Source: an uncultured bacterium (lineage in GTDB: Bacteria; Verrucomicrobiota; Kiritimatiellia; UBA8416; CAMZLY01). Taken from it: a DNA stretch of 63,906 nt. Each line of letters opens with the position of its first letter. Position 1 is the first letter of the stretch. This document shows, piece after piece, positions 9,821-17,419 of this stretch. The stretch lies in the NCBI GenBank assembly GCA_947311825.1, contig CAMZLY010000081.1, positions 1-63,906 on the forward strand. Direction: 5' to 3'. Under the pieces are notes generated by a model. That model was not told where the DNA came from, searched no databases, and saw only the letters and a list, made by a program, of their open reading frames with translations. Position numbers and translations under genes: made by a program.

Positions 9821-9937
9821 GTAGCGTTCGCTCTCAGAGCGAAAAATGCTTAATCACATCTCACATCCTCGCACAAACCTTGTCGCGTTGGCTCTATGAG
9901 CCAAAACTTCCCGCAGGGAAGCTCGCCTTCAGGCGAG
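9821..9937 (-). repeat. Four-hairpin intergenic module, copy A
   Basis: Four hairpins in series: TTCGCTCTCAGAGCGAA (9827-9843), TTGGCTCTATGAGCCAA (9888-9904), CTTCCCGCAGGGAAG (9907-9921) and CTCGCCTTCAGGCGAG (9922-9937). Near-identical to 14686-14803. A further related stretch with the TCGGTTCACAGAGCCGA hairpin continues to about 10036. Confidence 0.85.
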
Positions 9938-10036
9938 TCCACAAACACAACAAACACTTCGCACATCGCACGTCGCTTTCGGTTCACAGAGCCGACACTA
10001 CATTTCACTCAATCATTCTTCACATTTGTAGCGTCC

Positions 10037-10068
10037 AACTATTCACTATTCACTATAAATTATTCACT
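10037..10068 (-). repeat. Degenerate heptamer array (CACTATT family) overlapping the stop codon of the gspM-like gene
   Basis: Plus strand reads ..AACTATT CACTATT CACTATA AATTATT CACTG. The TAA stop (rc of 10060-10062) lies inside the array. Confidence 0.7.
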
Positions 10069-10593
10069 GCTTTTTTCTCTCGTATATGCACAATACAACG
10101 TAAAACGCCCTTTTAGCTTTCCCTTACCTTTAGGCTTAACTAGCAATTGACGAATATCTAACATAGCACCTTCAGACTGAAGTTCAAACAAGAAATTTAC
10201 CAATGACTCAAGATCTGCTTCCCATTCCTTGCATTCAATTGGCAATTCATAGACATCTCCTTGTTGCACTTCTTCACCTGCCATACGTTTACTAATCTTT
10301 ACATTATGCTTAGATGCAATACGATCCATTACAGATAACCAATGCACATCCATATCTTTATCTGCGGCTTCCATAGGTAGCAACTGGCTCATTTCAGCAA
10401 GCCGTTGTTCCCAATAGTCTCTTTTTTCTACCAATCTTTTTTCTATTTTAATACTATTAATAATGTTCTGTCTCTGAGCATTAACCTCTTTGAGCTCATC
10501 AATCTTAGGCTTTGCTAATAATGCAGTAAGCCCAAACAAAACTACGCCAATAGTCAAAACAGCAAGAACAAGTTCACGTGCCGACATTTTCAT
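10060..10593 (-). CDS. T2SS inner-membrane platform protein, GspM/PilO-like
   Basis: 177 aa. One N-terminal TM helix (LVLAVLTIGVVLFGLTALL), then a coiled-coil and an alpha/beta domain. ATGA overlap with the upstream L-like gene. Called on position in the gsp operon, not on a motif. Confidence 0.45.
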   Translation of the reverse strand: MKMSARELVLAVLTIGVVLFGLTALLAKPKIDELKEVNAQRQNIINSIKIEKRLVEKRDYWEQRLAEMSQLLPMEAADKDMDVHWLSVMDRIASKHNVKISKRMAGEEVQQGDVYELPIECKEWEADLESLVNFLFELQSEGAMLDIRQLLVKPKGKGKLKGRFTLYCAYTREKSSE

Positions 10594-11993
10594 TCAACCA
10601 CCTCCGGCAATGCCAATATAATATCAAAGATTTCTTTACGCTTCTTAGAGTCACGGCGCGGACCAATTAAATCAGAGTTTTCAAACAACTCATTAGCATC
10701 AAGTGCATTCTTGAATTGATAAACAGCTTCCACATTTACCGCCTGCCCACTAATTTTTACACGTTTACCCTTTTTATAATCATAAACAACCAAATCAACA
10801 CCACTTGGTTGTACCATACTAATGGCACGTAAACATTCTAATGATGATGTTTTTTGATCCTGATAGCGTTCAATCATAAAAACCCGTCGCCGCATAGATC
10901 TAACCTTCATAGAAGACGTCTTCCAGTTTTCAAGTTCACTATTCAAACTTCCAAGCTGAAAATTATGATATGCAATTATACCAAACAAAGCCCCCACAGT
11001 TCCTAACCAAAGTAATAATACCATCACGGCAGAAAAAATCATTCGCTTACGAAACAATGCACTACGCTCTTTTTCACGCCATACAGATGAAGTTAAATCC
11101 AACAATTTAACATCACTCTTTTTTTCGCGCTGGGCAATCCCCTCCGAGGCAGTGCCAAGCAGGTTCAGAGCCAATACTCTAACATCACAGCCACACTTCT
11201 CCTTCAAACTCTTAACCAATGAATGTGGCTCTTCGCCGGAAAACCAAATACAAATACTACTATCAACTTCAGTCTCGTCGCCCATTTCCAAAGATATAAA
11301 CGTATGCTCCAACTCCAAAGCTATTTCCTCATACAATACATCTCCCTCAAGGCCATCTAACCCGGAGAACGCACGAAAAATGACAGGAATCCCATCTTGA
11401 ACTACAATAAGTTCAGGTGCACCATAATCTAAAAACAGAAAGATCTGCCGACCAACAGATTCAATTTTACCACTATTCTGTAAAAGACGATACCAACCCA
11501 TAATCGCGGCATCCAGACGCTCAACAGTAACACCTGCATCCTTAAACGTCTTATCAAACGTATCAGCCTTATCTTTACTTATTGCCGCTACCAGAACATG
11601 ACAAGTGGCATGCTCCTTATTGCGACTGAGAACCTCATACCCCACCACCATGTTTTCCACTGGAAATGGAGAAAATTTATCAGCCTGTAACTCAACAATT
11701 CCTGCCAATTCAGAATCATTCACCTCCGGCAGCTCAACAACCCTTAATAACAACTGATCAGTTGGCAAGCCGGGAACAATCATATTACTCTTAAATTTAT
11801 TACATTCTTTTGATATCTGACTAGCAACAGTAACCACCGATTCAGGAACAATATCATCCTTATCAGCCACAACAACCGGTTCCACAGGAATACTGTTCGC
11901 AGCAATAGCAGAAGCCCTACCTTTCAGCTGCAACGTAGTCCATTCCAAGAGCTTCGCACTCAAAACCAATCCAGTTATTTTATCTTTTGCCAT
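10590..11993 (-). CDS. T2SS assembly-platform protein, GspL-like (PilM-like cytoplasmic domain, TM helix, PilN-like part)
   Basis: About 467 aa from the ATG at 11993 (MAKDKITG..). The track's longer N-terminus (to 12038) runs into the intergenic repeat. One central TM helix (IFSAVMVLLLWLGTVGALFGII). Called partly on operon position. Confidence 0.5.
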   Translation of the reverse strand: MAKDKITGLVLSAKLLEWTTLQLKGRASAIAANSIPVEPVVVADKDDIVPESVVTVASQISKECNKFKSNMIVPGLPTDQLLLRVVELPEVNDSELAGIVELQADKFSPFPVENMVVGYEVLSRNKEHATCHVLVAAISKDKADTFDKTFKDAGVTVERLDAAIMGWYRLLQNSGKIESVGRQIFLFLDYGAPELIVVQDGIPVIFRAFSGLDGLEGDVLYEEIALELEHTFISLEMGDETEVDSSICIWFSGEEPHSLVKSLKEKCGCDVRVLALNLLGTASEGIAQREKKSDVKLLDLTSSVWREKERSALFRKRMIFSAVMVLLLWLGTVGALFGIIAYHNFQLGSLNSELENWKTSSMKVRSMRRRVFMIERYQDQKTSSLECLRAISMVQPSGVDLVVYDYKKGKRVKISGQAVNVEAVYQFKNALDANELFENSDLIGPRRDSKKRKEIFDIILALPEVVE

Positions 11994-12009
11994 ATTTTCT
12001 TCACTTTTT

Positions 12010-12076
12010 GTAGCGTTGGCTCTATGAGCCAAAAACACTTAATCTGTAACGCACGCAACTCGCACATCCATCGGCT
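12010..12076 (-). repeat. Hairpin intergenic module, short copy C
   Basis: GTAGCGTTGGCTCTATGAGCCAAAAACACTTAATC.. shares the GTAGCG + TTGGCTCTATGAGCCAA hairpin + CTTAATC layout with copies A and B. Confidence 0.75.
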
Positions 12077-12108
12077 CACTATTCACTATTCACTGTTCAC
12101 TATTCACT
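12077..12108 (-). repeat. Heptamer array (CACTATT CACTATT CACTGTT CACTATT CACTG) overlapping the gspK stop codon
   Basis: Read directly. The gspK TGA (rc of 12104-12106) lies in the last unit. Confidence 0.9.
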
Positions 12109-13177
12109 GCTCTTCTTCACGCCAACGCAATATCGTCAAACTCTTATTCGCATAACGAACAATACACCATACAGTACGTTTGACACCATGAACATCACCA
12201 ATTGACTTAATCCTATAAGTTTTTGAATCAACACTCAAATAATTTCTCACTTCTGCCGGGGCATCTGGTATACGTCCTGAGAAATCACCTATACTTTTAA
12301 ATGAATAATCTTCCTCTTCCTCATCGCTGCCAGTATCATCAATCCAACCTTCGCCTTCACGCTCCTCTATAATTGCCCGTGCAACTAACTCCGCCTCATC
12401 GCCCAGCGGTAACGTCATCAAAACCCGCATAGGTGCAGCATTGACATTAACTTTTCCATCGCCATACGTAGTCAATAAATCAGCAATACCACTTATAACA
12501 ACAGGGTCATCCTCCTCTAAAACCTGAAGAGAACCCCCGAACAATATGGTTTTAGTGAACCCTTTGACAAGCAAAAGTTCTTCAACAGTATCTAATACAT
12601 CATTATCTGCCCGATAGGGTGGCTCCAATGTCTCATAATAATCCTCCGTTTCAGCCCCATCCATGCGCGGATCATCATCTTTATCAGTCCAATCGTTAAA
12701 CGAATCAATAAGCTCCGGCCAAAGCTCTTCCGGAACACCGCCAACCTCAAGAACTCGCTCCCAATCATCATCTTTAAGCATATTTACATTACGCCGAGCT
12801 GGCTCCGGTATAATATCCAAAATAATTTTACCATCCCCCAATTCCTGTTCTATCCCCATAAGTGATGCCCCAGTTTTAAGCCGTTTCTTAGCCTCAAACC
12901 ACTGATCATCCTCAAATTCTTCCGTTTTCTCCTGATCTTTTTTGATCTCTGCCGAACCAGCCATCAACATTTCAGCAATCTCTATCCCAGATTTTGCCAA
13001 ATACTGAGCCTTAGTTCGCTTCTTATAATACGAAGTAATACGAGACTCAACATGAGCATCAAAAGCAAACGAACCTATCAGCATTGACAACAACCCAACA
13101 ACCCACAACACAACAATCAATGCCGAGCCATCACACCTCTCTTTTTTTGCTCTTTTTTCAGAAATCATACTCTTCAC
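12104..13177 (-). CDS. gspK: T2SS minor pseudopilin GspK
   Basis: 357 aa. N-terminal GSALIVVLWVVGLLSMLIGSFAF helix, a large insertion domain, and the helix-hairpin-helix-like VNVNAAPMRVLMTLPL typical of GspK. The start at 13177 is GTG; an alternative ATG is at 13168. Confidence 0.75.
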   Translation of the reverse strand: MKSMISEKRAKKERCDGSALIVVLWVVGLLSMLIGSFAFDAHVESRITSYYKKRTKAQYLAKSGIEIAEMLMAGSAEIKKDQEKTEEFEDDQWFEAKKRLKTGASLMGIEQELGDGKIILDIIPEPARRNVNMLKDDDWERVLEVGGVPEELWPELIDSFNDWTDKDDDPRMDGAETEDYYETLEPPYRADNDVLDTVEELLLVKGFTKTILFGGSLQVLEEDDPVVISGIADLLTTYGDGKVNVNAAPMRVLMTLPLGDEAELVARAIIEEREGEGWIDDTGSDEEEEDYSFKSIGDFSGRIPDAPAEVRNYLSVDSKTYRIKSIGDVHGVKRTVWCIVRYANKSLTILRWREEEQ

Positions 13178-13212
13178 TCTTCTTATTGTAACCTCTCAAA
13201 AACTCACTCGGG

Positions 13213-13270
13213 CGGGAAGATTTCCAGCACTACTTTTTTCATTTCACATGTAGATTGGGAAATCTTCCCG
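13213..13270. repeat. 13-bp perfect inverted repeat (CGGGAAGATTTCC ... GGAAATCTTCCCG) with a 32 nt spacer
   Basis: Read directly, in the 147-bp gap between gspK and the J-like gene. Confidence 0.8.
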
Positions 13271-13324
13271 ACCATAAAATATTTTTTTGAGCAGTTACTT
13301 CTTATTCATTATAACATCTATCTT

Positions 13325-14218
13325 TTAAGGCCTTCCTGGAGTATTAGGACGAGAACGAAGACCAGCCCCACTTGACGTAGGCGGTCTACGATTCCCTGGG
13401 TTTGCCCTTCTCTGATCTGTTTTTCTACGCTTATTATTACTATTCCCCCTATTCCCCTGCGATGCTCCATCATCAGTTCCAATAGTCATCTCTTTTCCCC
13501 AACAAAGATCACCGGCACTTATTTTAACTAACCGCTTAACCTCCACCGCATCATCATCTCGCCCAAGCGGTTCCATATAAAGCGTTAATTCCACATATTT
13601 CGGAACTTTATTAGTCTCCTCCCACTCATCCAGCCAATCAAGTTCATTATCATCTTTCATTTCATAAGCCATACGACAATTCATCCCCGTAATTCTAGTA
13701 GAAAGAAATACCGGCTCAATATCTTCCGGCTCAAAATCCTCATCCTGCCCCTTAACCCGCCAAGACCTCACGGCCACCCCAACATCCCCATCTTCATCAT
13801 CCTCAATTGTCACCCTAACTCTATGCGGACTACCAAAATAGACATTTTCCTTACCTATCAGGGCAGAACCAAGTGCCACCCAACTGATTTCATCCTCCGC
13901 AGTCGCACCATCGCCATTATCTTCCATCCAAAACCCATACTTAGAATCTTTCTGATTAGACTCAGGATAATACGTAGAACGCAATCCCAACACAATCTGC
14001 TCAACCACAAAATCACCACGATTCAACTCCTCTGTCAGCTGCGATCCCCGTTGCCACGCCTTAATAACCGTCGAAAAAGTCATATACGTCACCGTCATAA
14101 CCAGCGAAAGAATAGTTATCGCCAACATCAACTCAAGCAGAGTAAAGCCAGATAAACGATGAACTTTTGTGCTATTTACACCTTTATCATTTACTATTTT
14201 ATAGCTTAACTTTCTCAC
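13325..14218 (-). CDS. Prepilin-type pseudopilin, GspJ-like, with a long basic C-terminal tail
   Basis: 297 aa. The prepilin N-methylation motif SGFTLLELMLAITILSLV follows a 23-aa leader. GTG start overlapping the upstream stop (GTGA). J-like by size and position. The last ~50 aa are rich in R/K/N/G/P. Confidence 0.55.
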   Translation of the reverse strand: MRKLSYKIVNDKGVNSTKVHRLSGFTLLELMLAITILSLVMTVTYMTFSTVIKAWQRGSQLTEELNRGDFVVEQIVLGLRSTYYPESNQKDSKYGFWMEDNGDGATAEDEISWVALGSALIGKENVYFGSPHRVRVTIEDDEDGDVGVAVRSWRVKGQDEDFEPEDIEPVFLSTRITGMNCRMAYEMKDDNELDWLDEWEETNKVPKYVELTLYMEPLGRDDDAVEVKRLVKISAGDLCWGKEMTIGTDDGASQGNRGNSNNKRRKTDQRRANPGNRRPPTSSGAGLRSRPNTPGRP

Positions 14219-14643
14219 TTATCCTCATCCTCTATCGGCTTAAATATATAAGACACCACCTCATCAAAACGTTTAGCCCCACGAGAATCCCAGCTTACCC
14301 TTGCTCTAACAACATACAAGCCATCCTCATCCTCATCTTCCTCAACTTCTCTGGTATAAGTAAGCCCATTATCATAAGTTTCCGGACCAACACTAAGATT
14401 CTCAATATCATTCGTTTTCATAAGCGGGAAATCCGCCTCCCCCATCGCCAACGTCCATTGTGCCTTTTGATAAGTCTGCGATTGCTTAATCGCAGCAATA
14501 CAACGCGAAGCCGCCGTCAACAACACCGTAAAAGAAAAACCAAGAATAGCCACCGCCAGCATAACCTCAATCAAAGTCATACCGCCCCTAAGCGTTCTCT
14601 CCCCTTGGATATTGAGTATTGTATCCGTTTTCCCCTTGAACAT
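14215..14643 (-). CDS. Prepilin-type pseudopilin, GspI-like
   Basis: GGMTLIEVMLAVAILGF prepilin motif. About 142 aa from the ATG at 14643, which has AGGAG 10 nt upstream. The track start at 14661 is less well supported. Confidence 0.55.
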   Translation of the reverse strand: MFKGKTDTILNIQGERTLRGGMTLIEVMLAVAILGFSFTVLLTAASRCIAAIKQSQTYQKAQWTLAMGEADFPLMKTNDIENLSVGPETYDNGLTYTREVEEDEDEDGLYVVRARVSWDSRGAKRFDEVVSYIFKPIEDEDK

Positions 14644-14685
14644 TGTACGTTGGCTCCTCATTCTTTTTCATCCCGTATTTTTTTT

Positions 14686-14803
14686 GTAGCGTTCGCTCTC
14701 AGAGCGAAAAATGCTTAATCTACATCTCGCATCCTCGCACAAATCTTGTAGCGTTGCCCCTATGAGCCAAAACTTCCCGCAGGGAAGCTCGCTTTCAGGC
14801 GAG
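14686..14803 (-). repeat. Four-hairpin intergenic module, copy B
   Basis: Aligns along its whole length with 9821-9937 with only a handful of differences. The same four hairpins occur in the same order. Confidence 0.85.
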
Positions 14804-14808
14804 TTCTT

Positions 14809-14843
14809 CACTATTCACTTTTCACTATTAGTTATTCACTATT
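14809..14843 (-). repeat. Heptamer array (CACTATT CACTTTT CACTATT AGTTATT CACTATT) overlapping the stop of the gspH-like gene
   Basis: Read directly. The TAA stop (rc of 14832-14834) lies inside the array. Confidence 0.8.
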
Positions 14844-15380
14844 TTCCGTCTTCGCAGCAGAAAGTGCATCAACCTCAATAACCACGCTTTTTCCCTGACC
14901 ATCACTAATCTTAACTGTATAAGGATGACACCGCCCATTACTAGAATAAACAACCGCCCCAGAACCAGACGTAATCACATCGCCATCAATTTCAACAGAT
15001 TCAAACGAAACTTGGTCCAATTTACGGGAAATCAATTCAGTGCGAGTAATGGCCATTTCAGGCTTTACAGCATCCTCATCCTCCGAATCAAACGAATCAT
15101 CAGACTTCAAATCCTCAACAGCCGCAGCAGTAAGTGCGACCTCATCAACAACAATAGTACCCTCATCAATATTAAACGTCAGTAAAATATCCGCCTGCTT
15201 CATAACCGCCATACTTCGTGCGTAACGTCCAGCCATAACAACAGACTTCACGCCAACACGAAGCCGATTGCCACGTATTGAATTTACAAACTGCGGAATT
15301 GTTACTGCCGAAATAATACCGATCACAACCAGCACTAATAACATCTCAATCAGAGTAAAACCAGACTTTCTCATAATCAT
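14832..15380 (-). CDS. Prepilin-type pseudopilin, GspH-like
   Basis: 182 aa. MIMRKSGFTLIEMLLVLVVIGIISAV prepilin motif. H-like by position, immediately after gspG. Confidence 0.55.
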   Translation of the reverse strand: MIMRKSGFTLIEMLLVLVVIGIISAVTIPQFVNSIRGNRLRVGVKSVVMAGRYARSMAVMKQADILLTFNIDEGTIVVDEVALTAAAVEDLKSDDSFDSEDEDAVKPEMAITRTELISRKLDQVSFESVEIDGDVITSGSGAVVYSSNGRCHPYTVKISDGQGKSVVIEVDALSAAKTENSE

Positions 15381-15405
15381 ATATTCTTCCTACAGAGAAT
15401 ACTGA

Positions 15406-15816
15406 TTAATTAGTAATATCGTCTGCACTACCCATAGCAAGGTCAGGCCCTGCAGAAACAATTTTCACACTATTACCTTCAACAGTATAACTTAAAGGAG
15501 TACCCCACGTATCCGCTGGTACAGTTTTTAGATATGGACCATTCCAGTTTGCTGAACCATCATTTTTGGCCAAAGAATCCAGACTGGAAGGGAAACGCCC
15601 AATATCAACCTCATACAAACCAAGAGCTGTTTCAACAGCCTTAATACTTGTTCGTGTAGTACTAATTCTTGCACCCTTACCTTTACCCGCAAAATTAACA
15701 ACCACAACACTGGCCAAAATCCCGAGAATAGCAACAACCAGCAAAACCTCAATCAACGTAAAACCAGACCATGCAGAACCATCGCTTTCGACGATTTCTT
15801 CTCTTTTCATTTTCAT
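15406..15816 (-). CDS. gspG: T2SS major pseudopilin GspG
   Basis: SGFTLIEVLLVVAILGILASVVV, then ..NWNGPYLK..DTWGTPLSY..IVSAGPDLAMGSADDITN, the GspG C-terminal signature. ATG at 15816 with AGGAGA upstream. The track extension to 15900 is unlikely. Confidence 0.85.
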   Translation of the reverse strand: MKMKREEIVESDGSAWSGFTLIEVLLVVAILGILASVVVVNFAGKGKGARISTTRTSIKAVETALGLYEVDIGRFPSSLDSLAKNDGSANWNGPYLKTVPADTWGTPLSYTVEGNSVKIVSAGPDLAMGSADDITN

Positions 15817-16009
15817 TTCTCCTATCATAAAAAACAAACTGTTCCAATAATTCAAGTATTGAACCATTTTTAGCTTATAAAAGCAAGATATCGTATTCAT
15901 CTTTTACGCCTTATATTAAATTCAGCTAATATTTTGCTATACTAATAACACTTAACTTCATACTATTGCAAAAAATAAGTAAAACTGTTTCTAAAGAAAG
16001 GGATATCAA

Positions 16010-16363
16010 ATGAAAATCACAGAATTAACAAACGAACAACAAGTAGCACTCGTGGCAACTATTGAAGCAATCGCAATGTCAGATGGAACAATCAATGAAG
16101 GCGAACAAAAGACTATTGGACAAATAGCTTCAGAATTAGGCGTAGACACCTACCGTGCACTTCTTCGTGATGCCGATGAACGCTACCCCAACACAGATGC
16201 ACTAAAACAACTTCTTGAAACCATTAAAGACCAAGAAGTACGAGAAACAATTTACGGACTCGCTCTGCAAGATGCAATGCTCTCACCAGCCATAAACCAC
16301 CTACAATCAAAAATGCTTGAATGGCTAAGAAAAACCTGGGACATAACAGTAGAAGAAGGCTAG
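16010..16363 (+). CDS. Small TerB-like (tellurite-resistance TerB / DjlA-N-like) protein
   Basis: 117 aa, all-helical. The block IAMSDGTINEGEQKTIGQIASELG resembles the TerB-family aDG..(x)E..l motif. Confidence 0.4.
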   Translation: MKITELTNEQQVALVATIEAIAMSDGTINEGEQKTIGQIASELGVDTYRALLRDADERYPNTDALKQLLETIKDQEVRETIYGLALQDAMLSPAINHLQSKMLEWLRKTWDITVEEG

Positions 16364-16372
16364 ACAGGAAGA

Positions 16373-16461
16373 TAGAGCAACACCGCCACAATGCTTTACC
16401 CCCTTCATCCCCTTCATCCATGTTCCACCCACACCGTAGAGCAACACCGCCACAATGCTTT
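16373..16461. repeat. Two perfect 25-bp direct repeats (TAGAGCAACACCGCCACAATGCTTT) separated by 39 bp
   Basis: Copies at 16373-16397 and 16437-16461. The spacer contains a tandem CCTTCATCC CCTTCATCC. Lies between two convergent genes. Confidence 0.9.
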
Positions 16462-17187
16462 TTAATCAATAATCTCGAAATCATAAACCATCGGGAGATG
16501 ATCAGAGTGCAATACCTGCGGAATCCGAAACCCCGTCGTGCGTATATCAGGACTATGTAGAATAAAATCTAACTCCCGCGTTGGTGCCCAGCTCGGAAAA
16601 GTATTCTCACCATCTATGTTTACGCTCTTTAACCCCGATGCCGCCAAAAATAGATTGACCTCCTTATCCCCCCAGAACACATTAAAATCTCCGGCAACGA
16701 TGCAAGGCTTATCAGAACCCTTCATCATATCATACAAAGAACTCAATTGGTGATGTCGCACACGAAACCCCAACGCCAGATGCACCAAGAATATCCGCAA
16801 ATTATCCAGCTCCAACTCAATAACCAGCTTCTTCATACCATCATCAAAATAGTGAAATTTTTCTTTTGTAAAACTGCCGCGTGATATAAATGCATTGCCC
16901 TGCTTATTGATAACCGGTACTAACCGTGCAAACCCCGTATCACTATATTTAGATCCATAAGTATGATAATGCCCTAAAGAATCAGCAATAACCTTTGCCT
17001 GATTCTCTCCACGAGTACGATACGAACCAGAATCAACCTCAACCAGCCCCACTACATCAGGATTCATCTCATGCATAAAAGTAGTTATCTTATCCAGATT
17101 AGAACCAGTTGTGCTACAATACCCACTCCACGGCATTTTCTTACCACCGCCAGTACCATACCTTATATTATATAAAACAAATCTCAT
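16462..17187 (-). CDS. Endonuclease/exonuclease/phosphatase (EEP) family protein
   Basis: VVGLVEVD near the N-terminus and HSDHLPMV near the C-terminus are EEP catalytic blocks. ATG at 17187; the track's 17190 is TTG. Confidence 0.8.
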   Translation of the reverse strand: MRFVLYNIRYGTGGGKKMPWSGYCSTTGSNLDKITTFMHEMNPDVVGLVEVDSGSYRTRGENQAKVIADSLGHYHTYGSKYSDTGFARLVPVINKQGNAFISRGSFTKEKFHYFDDGMKKLVIELELDNLRIFLVHLALGFRVRHHQLSSLYDMMKGSDKPCIVAGDFNVFWGDKEVNLFLAASGLKSVNIDGENTFPSWAPTRELDFILHSPDIRTTGFRIPQVLHSDHLPMVYDFEIID

Positions 17188-17419
17188 CAAAAAAACCTTA
17201 ACATTCTACTATTTGTATTTCCTGAACAGTATATTTTGATTATGCATAGTGTCAAGAAACAACCTCCTTCAGCTTAGTTGAATTTCCCTTAATCCTAAAT
17301 CATAATCGTAATCAACAAATTGAGTTCTTTTGATTCTTTCAATTACTATTAACATTTGTTACTTTTTTTATTAATAAGCAAAACAACTCATATTTTATAA
17401 CAAGAATGGATATGCATAA

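Noticed and set aside
11994-12038. N-terminal extensions proposed by the ORF track: the gspL-like gene to 12038, the gspI-like gene to 14661, gspG to 15900, LysM to 62470, the ABC ATPase to 56949, the AlkD-like gene from 59320, the secreted protein from 57712 and HIT to 52766
   Set aside because: The extensions run through intergenic repeats or AT-rich DNA, or they use TTG/GTG codons. Internal ATGs with good Shine-Dalgarno sequences or family-typical N-termini exist.
16373-16461. Possible mini CRISPR array (25-bp repeats, 39-bp spacer)
   Set aside because: There are only two repeat copies, no cas genes anywhere in the window, and no leader-like context. It is kept only as a direct-repeat observation.
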